From assembly GCA_045617125.1 (NCBI GenBank), contig JAZLIA010000043.1:1-30887 (forward strand): 30,887 bases of DNA. The letters run 5' to 3'. The notes beneath the pieces were generated by a model. The model had not been told where the DNA came from. It was given only the letters and a program-made list of their open reading frames with translations, and searched no databases. Source of the DNA: Clostridia bacterium (GTDB lineage Bacteria; Bacillota; Clostridia; Christensenellales; Aristaeellaceae). This document shows, piece after piece, positions 17,803 through 24,998 of this stretch (the first letter of the stretch is position 1; each line of letters begins with the position of its first letter). The position numbers and the translations under genes were made by a program.

Positions 17803-17863
17803 ATCACAAAATAACTCCCTTCAATTAATCAGTTTGTACTCTTTCAGAGTTCCAATAAAAGAT

Positions 17864-17892
17864 ATTATATCACGCCATCCTGCCGTTGGCAA
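17864..17892 (-). promoter_or_regulatory. SigA-type promoter with extended -10 for the pentapeptide-repeat/ABC-F genes
   Basis: On the minus strand: TTGCCA (17887-17892), 17-nt spacer, TGaTATAAT (TATAAT at 17864-17869). Confidence 0.65.
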
Positions 17893-17899
17893 ACCGCTC

Positions 17900-17940
17900 A
17901 GAAGGATCTCAGCCTTCTCAAAGAAGGCTCTCGGCCTTCT
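17900..17940. promoter_or_regulatory. Array of four alternately oriented GAAGG(C)/(G)CCTTC sites directly upstream of the -35 box
   Basis: GAAGG at 17901-05, CCTTC at 17913-17, GAAGG at 17923-27, CCTTC at 17935-39 (spacings 12, 10 and 12 bp). They form three overlapping palindromes: AGAAGG-7-CCTTCT, AGCCTTC-5-GAAGGCT and AGAAGGC-5-GCCTTCT. A 9-bp direct repeat CAAACCGCT flanks the array (17890-98 and 17944-52). Confidence 0.45.
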
Positions 17941-17956
17941 CACCAAACCGCTTCAC

Positions 17957-18006
17957 ATAAAAACAGCAGGGGACCGTGCGGATAAAAATCGCATGATCCC
18001 CTGCTG
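17957..18006 (-). terminator. Rho-independent terminator of the efp/Zn-ribbon transcript
   Basis: On the minus strand: CAGCAGGGGA, 23-nt loop, TCCCCTGCTG (10-bp stem), followed by TTTTTAT. It begins 19 nt after the stop at 18025. Confidence 0.75.
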
Positions 18007-18024
18007 AAATGTCTTAACGCCGTT

Positions 18025-18474
18025 TTACTCGTTTTCCTCGTTTTCAGGGAAAAGCGGTTTGTGGCAGTTGGGGCAGAGATAATCCTCATCCAGGTCGATA
18101 TTCTCCACCTCGAAGGTCATCTCCTCCCCGCAATGGGGGCAGGTGTATTCGACAACGCCGTCATCCTCATCATCTTCTTCCTCGTCAAACGCGTCACAAT
18201 CGCGGTCGCAGGAAGCACAGTCGCCGTCGCACTCCTCATCTTCATCCTCATCACCGTAGAGGGTCTCTTCCACATCGCCCAGATCCTCATCGATGGACTG
18301 AACGTATTCATCCAGTTCCTCCAGATCATGGCGGGTGTTTTCGATCTCCTCCGTCATGGCATCCAGCACTTCCAGAACCTTGTCCAGAATGCGTCCCTCG
18401 GGCTTTTCCTTATCCACATTCAGGCCTTCCACCAGGCCCTTCAAATATGCGACACGGTCAGAAATGTTATTCAT
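18025..18474 (-). CDS. Highly acidic protein with an N-terminal helical domain and a C-terminal CxxC...CxxC zinc ribbon
   Basis: Start MNNISDRVAYLKGL at 18474, with AAGGAG upstream. D/E-rich centre, then CPHCGEEMTFEV...YLCPNCHKPLF. It resembles proteins I recall being annotated as 'CD1247 N-terminal domain-containing'. Confidence 0.65.
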   Translation of the reverse strand: MNNISDRVAYLKGLVEGLNVDKEKPEGRILDKVLEVLDAMTEEIENTRHDLEELDEYVQSIDEDLGDVEETLYGDEDEDEECDGDCASCDRDCDAFDEEEDDEDDGVVEYTCPHCGEEMTFEVENIDLDEDYLCPNCHKPLFPENEENE

Positions 18475-18540
18475 GAATGCTCCTTTCACAGGCCTGCTTC
18501 CGGCAGCGCTCGCCGCAAACAGACTCAGCTCTTTGCAGCC

Positions 18541-19098
18541 TCAGGCACGGCTGAGATATTCGCCGGTGCGGGTGTCGATCTTGATTATATCACCGATGTT
18601 GATGAACAGGGGCACCTGCAGCTCATAACCGGTTTCGGTGGTGGCAGGCTTGAAGTTATTGGTGGCGGTGTCTCCCTTGAAGCCTGGCTCGGTCTTGGCA
18701 ATCTCCAGGTCAACAAAGTTGGGAGCTTCCACGGAGAAGGGCTGGCCCTTAAAATAGCGGATGGTGACATTGGTGTTTTCCTTCACGAAAACGATGGCAT
18801 CTTCCACAGCATCCTTGTTGATGGGCACCTGCTCATAGGTCTCAGGATCCATAAAGTAATACAGATCACCGTCGTTATACAGGTACTGCATTTCCTTGGT
18901 CTCGATGACAGCGCGGGGCATTTTGTCGGTGGGGTTGAAGGTGCGCTCGATCACAGCGCCGGTCATGACGTTCTTGATCTTGGTGCGCACGAAAGCCGCT
19001 CCCTTACCGGGCTTGACATGCTGGAAATCAACGATGTTCCAAACGCCGCCGTCCCATTCCACGGTAATGCCTTTTTTGAAATCTCCTGCAGTGATCAT
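18541..19098 (-). CDS. efp: Elongation factor P
   Basis: 185 aa, [10 protein letters not shown]...[18 protein letters not shown] (conserved loop lysine), full-length EF-P pattern, GGAGG upstream. Confidence 0.95.
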   Translation of the reverse strand: MITAGDFKKGITVEWDGGVWNIVDFQHVKPGKGAAFVRTKIKNVMTGAVIERTFNPTDKMPRAVIETKEMQYLYNDGDLYYFMDPETYEQVPINKDAVEDAIVFVKENTNVTIRYFKGQPFSVEAPNFVDLEIAKTEPGFKGDTATNNFKPATTETGYELQVPLFINIGDIIKIDTRTGEYLSRA

Positions 19099-19162
19099 AC
19101 GGTTTTTTCCTCCAATGCTTAATGAGTTGAATGATGGGTATATTTGCTAAAGGCCCGTCATA

Positions 19163-20233
19163 TCACAGAATGACAAGATCCTTTTGTGCATGAACCAGGG
19201 TGCGTGCTCCGGACGCGGTGATAAGGCAGGTATTCTCGATCCTCACTCCGCCAAAGCCGGGCACATAAATGCCGGGCTCCACGGTGACAATGTGCCCTTC
19301 TTCAAGCAGGGCGTCGCTGGTTTGGGATAAGCGGGGCTCTTCATGAATATCAATGCCCACGCCATGGCCCAGGCCGTGTCCGAAATAGCCTTCATACCCC
19401 GCGCCGTAAATGATTTTCCTCGCCAGGGAGTCGATCTCGCGGCAGCTTTTCCCGGGAGCAAGGGCCTGTTCGCATTCTGTCTGGGCCTGTAAGACCACAG
19501 CGAAAATGCGCTTCATTTCCTCCCCGGGCTGTCCCAACGCCACCGTGCGGGTCATATCCGCACAGTAGCCGCATTTTTTTGCGCCGAAATCAAAGGTGAT
19601 CATATCACCCGCGCAAAACGCCCTGTCGCCCGGCACCGCGTGAGGCAGGCTGCCGTTTTCACCGGAAGCCACAATGGTGTTGAAGGCGATGCGATCGGCG
19701 CCCAGCTCCAGCATCCTGTTTTCAAGCAGCATGCGGCTGGTTTTTTCGGTCATGCCCGGCCTGATCTCGCCCAGCAGCCAATCAAACGCCCTGCAGCTGA
19801 TGTCGCAGGCCTCGCTGATCAGGCTTACCTCCCCCTCATCCTTCCGGGTGCGCAGCCTTTCCGGCACGTTCGAAAGAGAAAGGAAGCTGACCTCCTGCAT
19901 CTCCTGCTGCATCTCACTGAAAGCCCGCACGGTGTACTCGTCATCTTCATACAGAAGCTCCCTGCAGCCTTCATTTTTGAGCACCCGGTATACAATGCTG
20001 CTGCGGCTCACACCCTTTAACGTCATTTCCACCTGAAAACCGGCCGCCTGCTTTTCAGCCTGCTCCGTGTAACGGGAATCGGTAATGATCGTTTGGGAAA
20101 ACGGCGTAAGAAGCAGTGTGCCCTCGCCGGTAAAGCCGCTTAAATAAAACACGTTGGAAGGCTTGCTTACAAGCGCTGCCCGTCCTTCACTTAGATCGGC
20201 TGCTTCTCGCAGCGCGGCGATCCTGTCCTTCAT
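19163..20233 (-). CDS. M24-family Xaa-Pro aminopeptidase/dipeptidase (YqhT/PepP-like)
   Basis: 356 aa. Metal-ligand motifs FDFGAKKCGYCADMTRT, HGLGHGVGIDIHEEP, EPGIY, VRIENT. Its position directly upstream of efp matches the B. subtilis yqhT-efp arrangement. Confidence 0.85.
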   Translation of the reverse strand: MKDRIAALREAADLSEGRAALVSKPSNVFYLSGFTGEGTLLLTPFSQTIITDSRYTEQAEKQAAGFQVEMTLKGVSRSSIVYRVLKNEGCRELLYEDDEYTVRAFSEMQQEMQEVSFLSLSNVPERLRTRKDEGEVSLISEACDISCRAFDWLLGEIRPGMTEKTSRMLLENRMLELGADRIAFNTIVASGENGSLPHAVPGDRAFCAGDMITFDFGAKKCGYCADMTRTVALGQPGEEMKRIFAVVLQAQTECEQALAPGKSCREIDSLARKIIYGAGYEGYFGHGLGHGVGIDIHEEPRLSQTSDALLEEGHIVTVEPGIYVPGFGGVRIENTCLITASGARTLVHAQKDLVIL

Positions 20234-20298
20234 GAAGACATCCTCCCCGCGCGGGAAAGTTCGTACGCAAAAAAGGTTTGCATACCTCCCGCAAGTGT

Positions 20299-20307
20299 AT
20301 TATAACA
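20299..20307 (-). promoter_or_regulatory. Extended -10 element (TGtTATAAT) upstream of the peptidase-efp operon
   Basis: The minus strand reads TGTTATAAT, ~65 nt upstream of the ATG at 20233. I found no good -35 box. Confidence 0.35.
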
Positions 20308-20370
20308 CAGTTTTTCCCGGAACACCAGCAAAAATTGCCGTTGAAAGCCGGAAAATACAGGATTTCCACG

Positions 20371-20395
20371 AAAAATTTCCCGGCATTGATGCCGG
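20371..20395 (-). terminator. Rho-independent terminator
   Basis: On the minus strand: CCGGCA, loop tcaa, TGCCGG, followed by GAAATTTTT. It starts 2 nt after the stop at 20398. Confidence 0.6.
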
Positions 20396-20397
20396 CA

Positions 20398-20883
20398 TCA
20401 CAGTTTTCCGGCTTCTCTCAGCATTGCAGAAACCGCTTTTGCGGCGGTGTTCACCAGCTTGGGGCAGGGTCTTTCCTCATAAAAGGCTTCCGTGCGGGGA
20501 GTTGGAACGGGATCTGAAGCCCCCTCCAGATGCAACTGATCGCGGCAGATCCAGCTTCCCTGTTCCTCCCGAAATGCCATAGCCAGAGCCTGCACCCTTT
20601 CATAATGTTCCATTTTCACGCTTCCGGTTTCCGGATTTTCATAGCCCAGCACGATGCCCAGCACCATTTCGGCTCCGCTCAGCGCACCGCAGAATTCCCT
20701 CAGCCGGCCGATACCGCCGCCGAAGGAACTGGCCATTTTCGCTGAAAGCGCCAAAGACAGGCCGGTCACATCCTCAAAGGCCAAAAGCACCGCCTGGGCA
20801 CAGTTATAACCCTGGCGAAAAAGCGCTTCCGCCTTATCGCCGCGGGCAAGATCCTCCAATGTATACTTACCGTTCTCCATCAT
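20398..20883 (-). CDS. C_GCAxxG_C_C family protein (putative redox-active, function unknown)
   Basis: 161 aa starting MMENGKYTLEDL. Family-like motifs GYNCAQAVLLAF and FCGALSGAEMVLG, plus C-terminal CPKLV. The ATG at 20883 overlaps the upstream TGA (ATGA), and GGAGG lies upstream. Confidence 0.7.
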   Translation of the reverse strand: MMENGKYTLEDLARGDKAEALFRQGYNCAQAVLLAFEDVTGLSLALSAKMASSFGGGIGRLREFCGALSGAEMVLGIVLGYENPETGSVKMEHYERVQALAMAFREEQGSWICRDQLHLEGASDPVPTPRTEAFYEERPCPKLVNTAAKAVSAMLREAGKL

Positions 20884-21644
20884 CAGAATTTTCCTCCGTG
20901 TCCGCTGTGCCCGCCGCCTCCGCCGCCGCCAAAGCTTCTGTGAGACGAGCCTGAATTGTTTTCCACGATCTTGCTGCGGGTGGTGGTGGTGTAAAGATAC
21001 ATATCCAGGGCCCGGGTAAGACGGAAGGAATCCTTCAGCACGTAATCCGCCGCATTCTGACGGCTCTTGGCCGTTTTCATTCTTCCGCGCAGGATCAGCA
21101 CCGTGACAAGGCCGATCAGCGCCCCCGCGATCAGGAACGCGGGCAGCCATTTCTTCACCCGTCCAATGGGCGTAAGCGCCTCTGCGCGGGCTTCCACTTC
21201 ATCCAGAAAAGCCCTTGCCCCGTCATAATAGGCATTTCTGCGCAGGAACACCAGGAAGGTCTCATCATCAAAGGCACGTTCCACCTTGGTTCCGCGGCTG
21301 CCGTGGCCGTCGATGTAATAATCCCGGTTGCCTGTGCCGCCGGTCATTTTGAGCAGCAGCAGCACGCCGTCGCGCTCTTCTCCAACTCCAAGGCCGTTCG
21401 AGTCGAAAAAGTTCTCCGCATAGGCACGCATCGAATATGCATTGCCCAGGCTTGTGATCGTAACAATGGAGGCATCCATGCCGTAGCGCTCGCGTATGCC
21501 GTCAATACGCTTGTTCAGTTCCTCCACCTGCTGAACTGAAAAAATACCGGCTCCGTCCACCACCCGCCCCTGCTGGGCCTGACACGGCAGGATAAGGGCT
21601 AAGAAAAGCACAAAGAGCACCGGAAAAAGGACCTTCTTTTTCAT
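20883..21644 (-). CDS. TPM-domain (TLP18.3/Psb32/MOLO-1) membrane-anchored protein, YdjH-like
   Basis: 253 aa. Signal peptide, then the TPM-like core (VVDGAGIFS...EELNKRI...GVLLLL...R.YYI), one TM helix (WLPAFLIAGALIGLVTVLIL) and a Gly/His-rich tail GGGGGGGHSGHGG. Confidence 0.75.
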   Translation of the reverse strand: MKKKVLFPVLFVLFLALILPCQAQQGRVVDGAGIFSVQQVEELNKRIDGIRERYGMDASIVTITSLGNAYSMRAYAENFFDSNGLGVGEERDGVLLLLKMTGGTGNRDYYIDGHGSRGTKVERAFDDETFLVFLRRNAYYDGARAFLDEVEARAEALTPIGRVKKWLPAFLIAGALIGLVTVLILRGRMKTAKSRQNAADYVLKDSFRLTRALDMYLYTTTTRSKIVENNSGSSHRSFGGGGGGGHSGHGGKF

Positions 21645-21645
21645 C

Positions 21646-22737
21646 TCAGATCACCCCCGCGTTCGCAAGAAAATAACACACTGCGCTGGCCACTGCCGTC
21701 ACGCCCAGGGCCACCGAGAAAAACCATGCGCAGGCCTTGCCGAAGGAAACGGGCAGGTCGCCGATAAAGCGCCCGGTTTGCCCGTTCATAGCAAAGGTGT
21801 AGGTCTTATTCTTATATTTGGTGTTGAGCATCCACACCGGCATCAGCACCTCGCGCACATTTCCTTCGCTGATGCGCACCGACTGGGTCTCCGGCACCAC
21901 GGTGGCATAGCCCTTCACCGTTTCCCGGAAGCGCTGCAGCACGCTGGTGCGGATGCGCTCATTTGCCCGTTCCTTGCACTGCTCGGCAGGCACATCATGG
22001 CGCTGGGCCTGATATCCGCTCAGGTAGGTCATGGCAAAATCCTCCTGCAGCTTCGTATCAAAGGGCTCGATCGCCTCCATCAGGTTATCGGCCATAGAGC
22101 GGGACCCGTCCACCGGCACATTGTCAAAGCTGAGCCCGCCTCCGCGCATCACACGGTAATGAGAGGTCTCCGTCACCATATAGTTACCGCTGCGGTAAGT
22201 GCGCACCTTGGTGCATTTGTAGGAAAGGTCGGAATCCGTGTCGCAGTTGAACAGCCAGAAGGGAACATACACGCCGGTAATGCGCTCAATACGGTTCTGT
22301 TTGGCAAACCGGTCCGGCAACAGCTTTTTACCTTTCAGATAGGCAGCATAGCGGTTCTTCGCTTCCTCCAGGGACAGCTTGAAGGGGATCACCGCCTCCG
22401 GTTTGTATTCGCCCTGATAAGCATCCTCCATCACCAAGGGATTCTGGCAGTAAACGCACTCTGTGGCGGCGGCTGTATCCTCCACCACCACCTCGGAGCC
22501 GCAGGAAGGGCAATGATAGGCGCGAAGATGCGCCCTTTCATCCTCGCTCCAGCTGCCGCCCACAGGCGATTCCCAGCTCATCCTTGCATTGGACGCGAGA
22601 CGCTCGTCAATACGGTAATACTGCTCAATATCCTTCACCTCATAGGTGTTGGAGCAGGACGCACATTTCATTTTCTGCTCTTTCGCATCAAATAACAGCG
22701 CCGAGCCGCAGCCCGGGCACTTGTAGGTATCCGCCAT
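21646..22737 (-). CDS. Double zinc-ribbon membrane protein, YdjG-like
   Basis: 363 aa, with AAGGAGG upstream. Two CxxC...CxxC ribbons (CPGCGS...CASCSN and CPSCGS...CVYCQN), a central globular region and a C-terminal TM helix (ACAWFFSVALGVTAVASAVCYFL). Its stop is 1 nt from the TPM gene start. Confidence 0.65.
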   Translation of the reverse strand: MADTYKCPGCGSALLFDAKEQKMKCASCSNTYEVKDIEQYYRIDERLASNARMSWESPVGGSWSEDERAHLRAYHCPSCGSEVVVEDTAAATECVYCQNPLVMEDAYQGEYKPEAVIPFKLSLEEAKNRYAAYLKGKKLLPDRFAKQNRIERITGVYVPFWLFNCDTDSDLSYKCTKVRTYRSGNYMVTETSHYRVMRGGGLSFDNVPVDGSRSMADNLMEAIEPFDTKLQEDFAMTYLSGYQAQRHDVPAEQCKERANERIRTSVLQRFRETVKGYATVVPETQSVRISEGNVREVLMPVWMLNTKYKNKTYTFAMNGQTGRFIGDLPVSFGKACAWFFSVALGVTAVASAVCYFLANAGVI

Positions 22738-22807
22738 AAAGGTGCCTCCTTAGCAATTGCTTCCCATGCGGGATAAAAATCCTGTCTGTATCTATTCGAT
22801 ATCACGG

Positions 22808-22836
22808 GTGCATTTTCCTGCATCCTATGCTATAAT
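22808..22836 (+). promoter_or_regulatory. Probable SigA-type promoter with extended -10
   Basis: GTGCAT (22808-22813), 17-nt spacer, TGcTATAAT (TATAAT at 22831-22836). Confidence 0.45.
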
Positions 22837-22923
22837 GATGTAGAAAACCCGTATTTATGACGAAAAACCGGAAAAAACCCCTTCCGGCCAAATGAAAAAC
22901 GACCTGTCCGAAAGGAGGCACTT

Positions 22924-23658
22924 ATGAAAAAGATCACCGTATTTCTGATATCGGCAGTGCTCATTCTCGTTTCTTCCTTTTCCGCTTTTGCGGAAGGAAT
23001 ACCCGTGACTGTGATCAAGACCCGGAAAAGCCTGCCTGAAGAGGCCCCCGTGTGGGAAATGGATTATGAATATCCCCTTTTGGAAGGGGAAGACACGACC
23101 GCTGTGCTGATCAACGATTATTACAGCGAAGCATCAAACGAAATGACCGCGCTCATCCTTCCCATGCTGGCCGGCACACCCGAAGCACAGGGCGCTTCGC
23201 TCCGGCAGATGACCCAGCGTTTCCGGATCACCTGCAACAACGGCCGCTTTTTCTCGGTGCTGTTCATGACGGAAAACCGGGTGAACGGTGAAAGCTTCCT
23301 TTCGCTTGATTCCGACACCTTCGACATCAGCGGCGAATATGCCGGGCAGATCCTCACCCTGAGGGGGGTGGTGATGGTGGGCGAAAGCTCCGTCCAGCTG
23401 TCCAAATGCCTCATGCCTGTGCTGTACGGGCACTTTACCAAATTGCAGGAACAGGGCATAGCCGATCCCGAACTGACCGAAGAGGATTTTTACGACATCG
23501 TGTTCCCGGAAAGCCACTTTTTTGCAAACGAAGATGGCAGCGTCACCTTTTATTTTCAGCCTGATGTGCTGGCAGAACCCACCTTTGAGGTGCCCTGTTT
23601 CACCTTCACCCCGGAGGACCTGGAAAGCCTGATCAATACGCAGCCGGAGGAAAACTGA
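22924..23658 (+). CDS. Secreted protein, DUF4163/DUF3298-like (RsiV-ectodomain-type fold suspected)
   Basis: 244 aa, with AAAGGAGG upstream and signal peptide MKKITVFLISAVLILVSSFSAFA/EG. The pattern ...YEYP...INDYY......GRFFSV...(V)TFYFQP...(F)EVP resembles DUF4163/DUF3298 repeats. The assignment is by eye only. Confidence 0.5.
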   Translation: MKKITVFLISAVLILVSSFSAFAEGIPVTVIKTRKSLPEEAPVWEMDYEYPLLEGEDTTAVLINDYYSEASNEMTALILPMLAGTPEAQGASLRQMTQRFRITCNNGRFFSVLFMTENRVNGESFLSLDSDTFDISGEYAGQILTLRGVVMVGESSVQLSKCLMPVLYGHFTKLQEQGIADPELTEEDFYDIVFPESHFFANEDGSVTFYFQPDVLAEPTFEVPCFTFTPEDLESLINTQPEEN

Positions 23659-23659
23659 A

Positions 23660-24922
23660 ATGGAAAAAAACGATCGCAAGGATGAGATCATCTCCCTTCA
23701 GCAGGAGATCCTGCGCGGCCTCAAGCGCAGCATGAGATCGATGGGAGAAGATCTGTGGGGCGAAAGTGTACCCAGGATGGGATATATGGACGTGTGGAAG
23801 GATCCCGAACCGGCAGAGGAAAAAGTGCCTGAGGGCACAGAAGAAACGAAAAACAGTTCGGAAGCGGAAATATCCCGATCCTCCCGGGAGGAGGAGCCCT
23901 CCGCCCAGGTGCTCAGCGCCAGCCCCGAAGCTGAAAGCACCGCCAAAGAGGAACAGGACCCTCCCGAAAACATAGAGGACCTGAAAAAGGAGCTTTACAG
24001 CTATATCGGCCTTGACAACATTAAGGAACAGGTGGAAAGCCTGATCAACTGGATTAACATTAACAGGAAGCGGAAGGAGCTGGGACTGAAAACCCCCGAC
24101 CTTTCCCTGCACATGGTGTTCAGCGGCAACCCCGGCACCGGAAAAACGATGGTAGCCCGGTTGATGAGCCGCATTTTCCACTCTCTGGGCATCCTCAGCA
24201 AGGGCCATCTTGTGGAGGTGGACCGCAGCGGTCTGGTAGCCGGATATGTGGGACAAACCGCGATCAAAACCAAAGAGGTGTGCGACAGCGCCCTGGGCGG
24301 CGTGCTGTTCATTGACGAAGCCTACACCCTCACCAACCGGGGCGGCATGGACTTTGGCCAGGAGGCGGTGGACACCGTGCTCAAAGCCATGGAGGACAAC
24401 CGGGATGATCTGGTGGTGATCGTAGCAGGCTACATCGAGCTGATGGACGAATTTATCCACTCCAACCCCGGCCTGGAAAGCCGTTTCAACCGCTTCATGC
24501 ATTTTGCCGATTACACCCTGGATGAACTGGCAGGCATCTTCCGCATGCGCTGCGATCAGAGCGGCTACATTCTGGAAGAAAGCGCCCAAGAGGATCTTCG
24601 CGCGATCCTGGTTTGCAAAAACACCGATCCCAAAGCCTTCGGAAACGGACGCGGCGTGCGCAACCTGTTTGAAAAAGCCGCTGCCGAGCAGGCCGACCGT
24701 CTGGCCGGGATGGCCCCCGAAACGGAGTACACCAGGGAATTGCTGATGACCCTGACCCGGGCCGATCTGTACGCAGCCGCAGAAATGGAAATGCCGCAGG
24801 AAGCGGAAGCAGAAAACACAGAAGAAAGCACAGAGGAAACCTCAGTAGAAAGCTCAATAGAGAACTCAGCAGAAACCCCTGTGCCCGCAGAAGATGCGGA
24901 AGCAGAAGAAAGCAACGACTAA
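23660..24922 (+). CDS. AAA+ ATPase, CbbX/SpoVK family, with disordered acidic N- and C-terminal regions
   Basis: 420 aa, starting 1 nt after the preceding stop. Walker A GNPGTGKT, Walker B VLFIDEAY, and VIVAGY...NPGLESRF typical of SpoVK/CbbX. Confidence 0.8.
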   Translation: MEKNDRKDEIISLQQEILRGLKRSMRSMGEDLWGESVPRMGYMDVWKDPEPAEEKVPEGTEETKNSSEAEISRSSREEEPSAQVLSASPEAESTAKEEQDPPENIEDLKKELYSYIGLDNIKEQVESLINWININRKRKELGLKTPDLSLHMVFSGNPGTGKTMVARLMSRIFHSLGILSKGHLVEVDRSGLVAGYVGQTAIKTKEVCDSALGGVLFIDEAYTLTNRGGMDFGQEAVDTVLKAMEDNRDDLVVIVAGYIELMDEFIHSNPGLESRFNRFMHFADYTLDELAGIFRMRCDQSGYILEESAQEDLRAILVCKNTDPKAFGNGRGVRNLFEKAAAEQADRLAGMAPETEYTRELLMTLTRADLYAAAEMEMPQEAEAENTEESTEETSVESSIENSAETPVPAEDAEAEESND

Positions 24923-24937
24923 CCCCCACAAAAAACG

Positions 24938-24975
24938 CGGCCCGCCGATGGACCTTTAGTTTCTTCGGCGGGCCG
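24938..24975. terminator. Bidirectional rho-independent terminator between convergent genes
   Basis: Perfect 11-bp stem (CGGCCCGCCGA, 16-nt loop, TCGGCGGGCCG), flanked by AAAAAA upstream and TGTTCTTTATTTT downstream. Confidence 0.8.
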
Positions 24976-24998
24976 TGTTCTTTATTTTACAGTCATCA

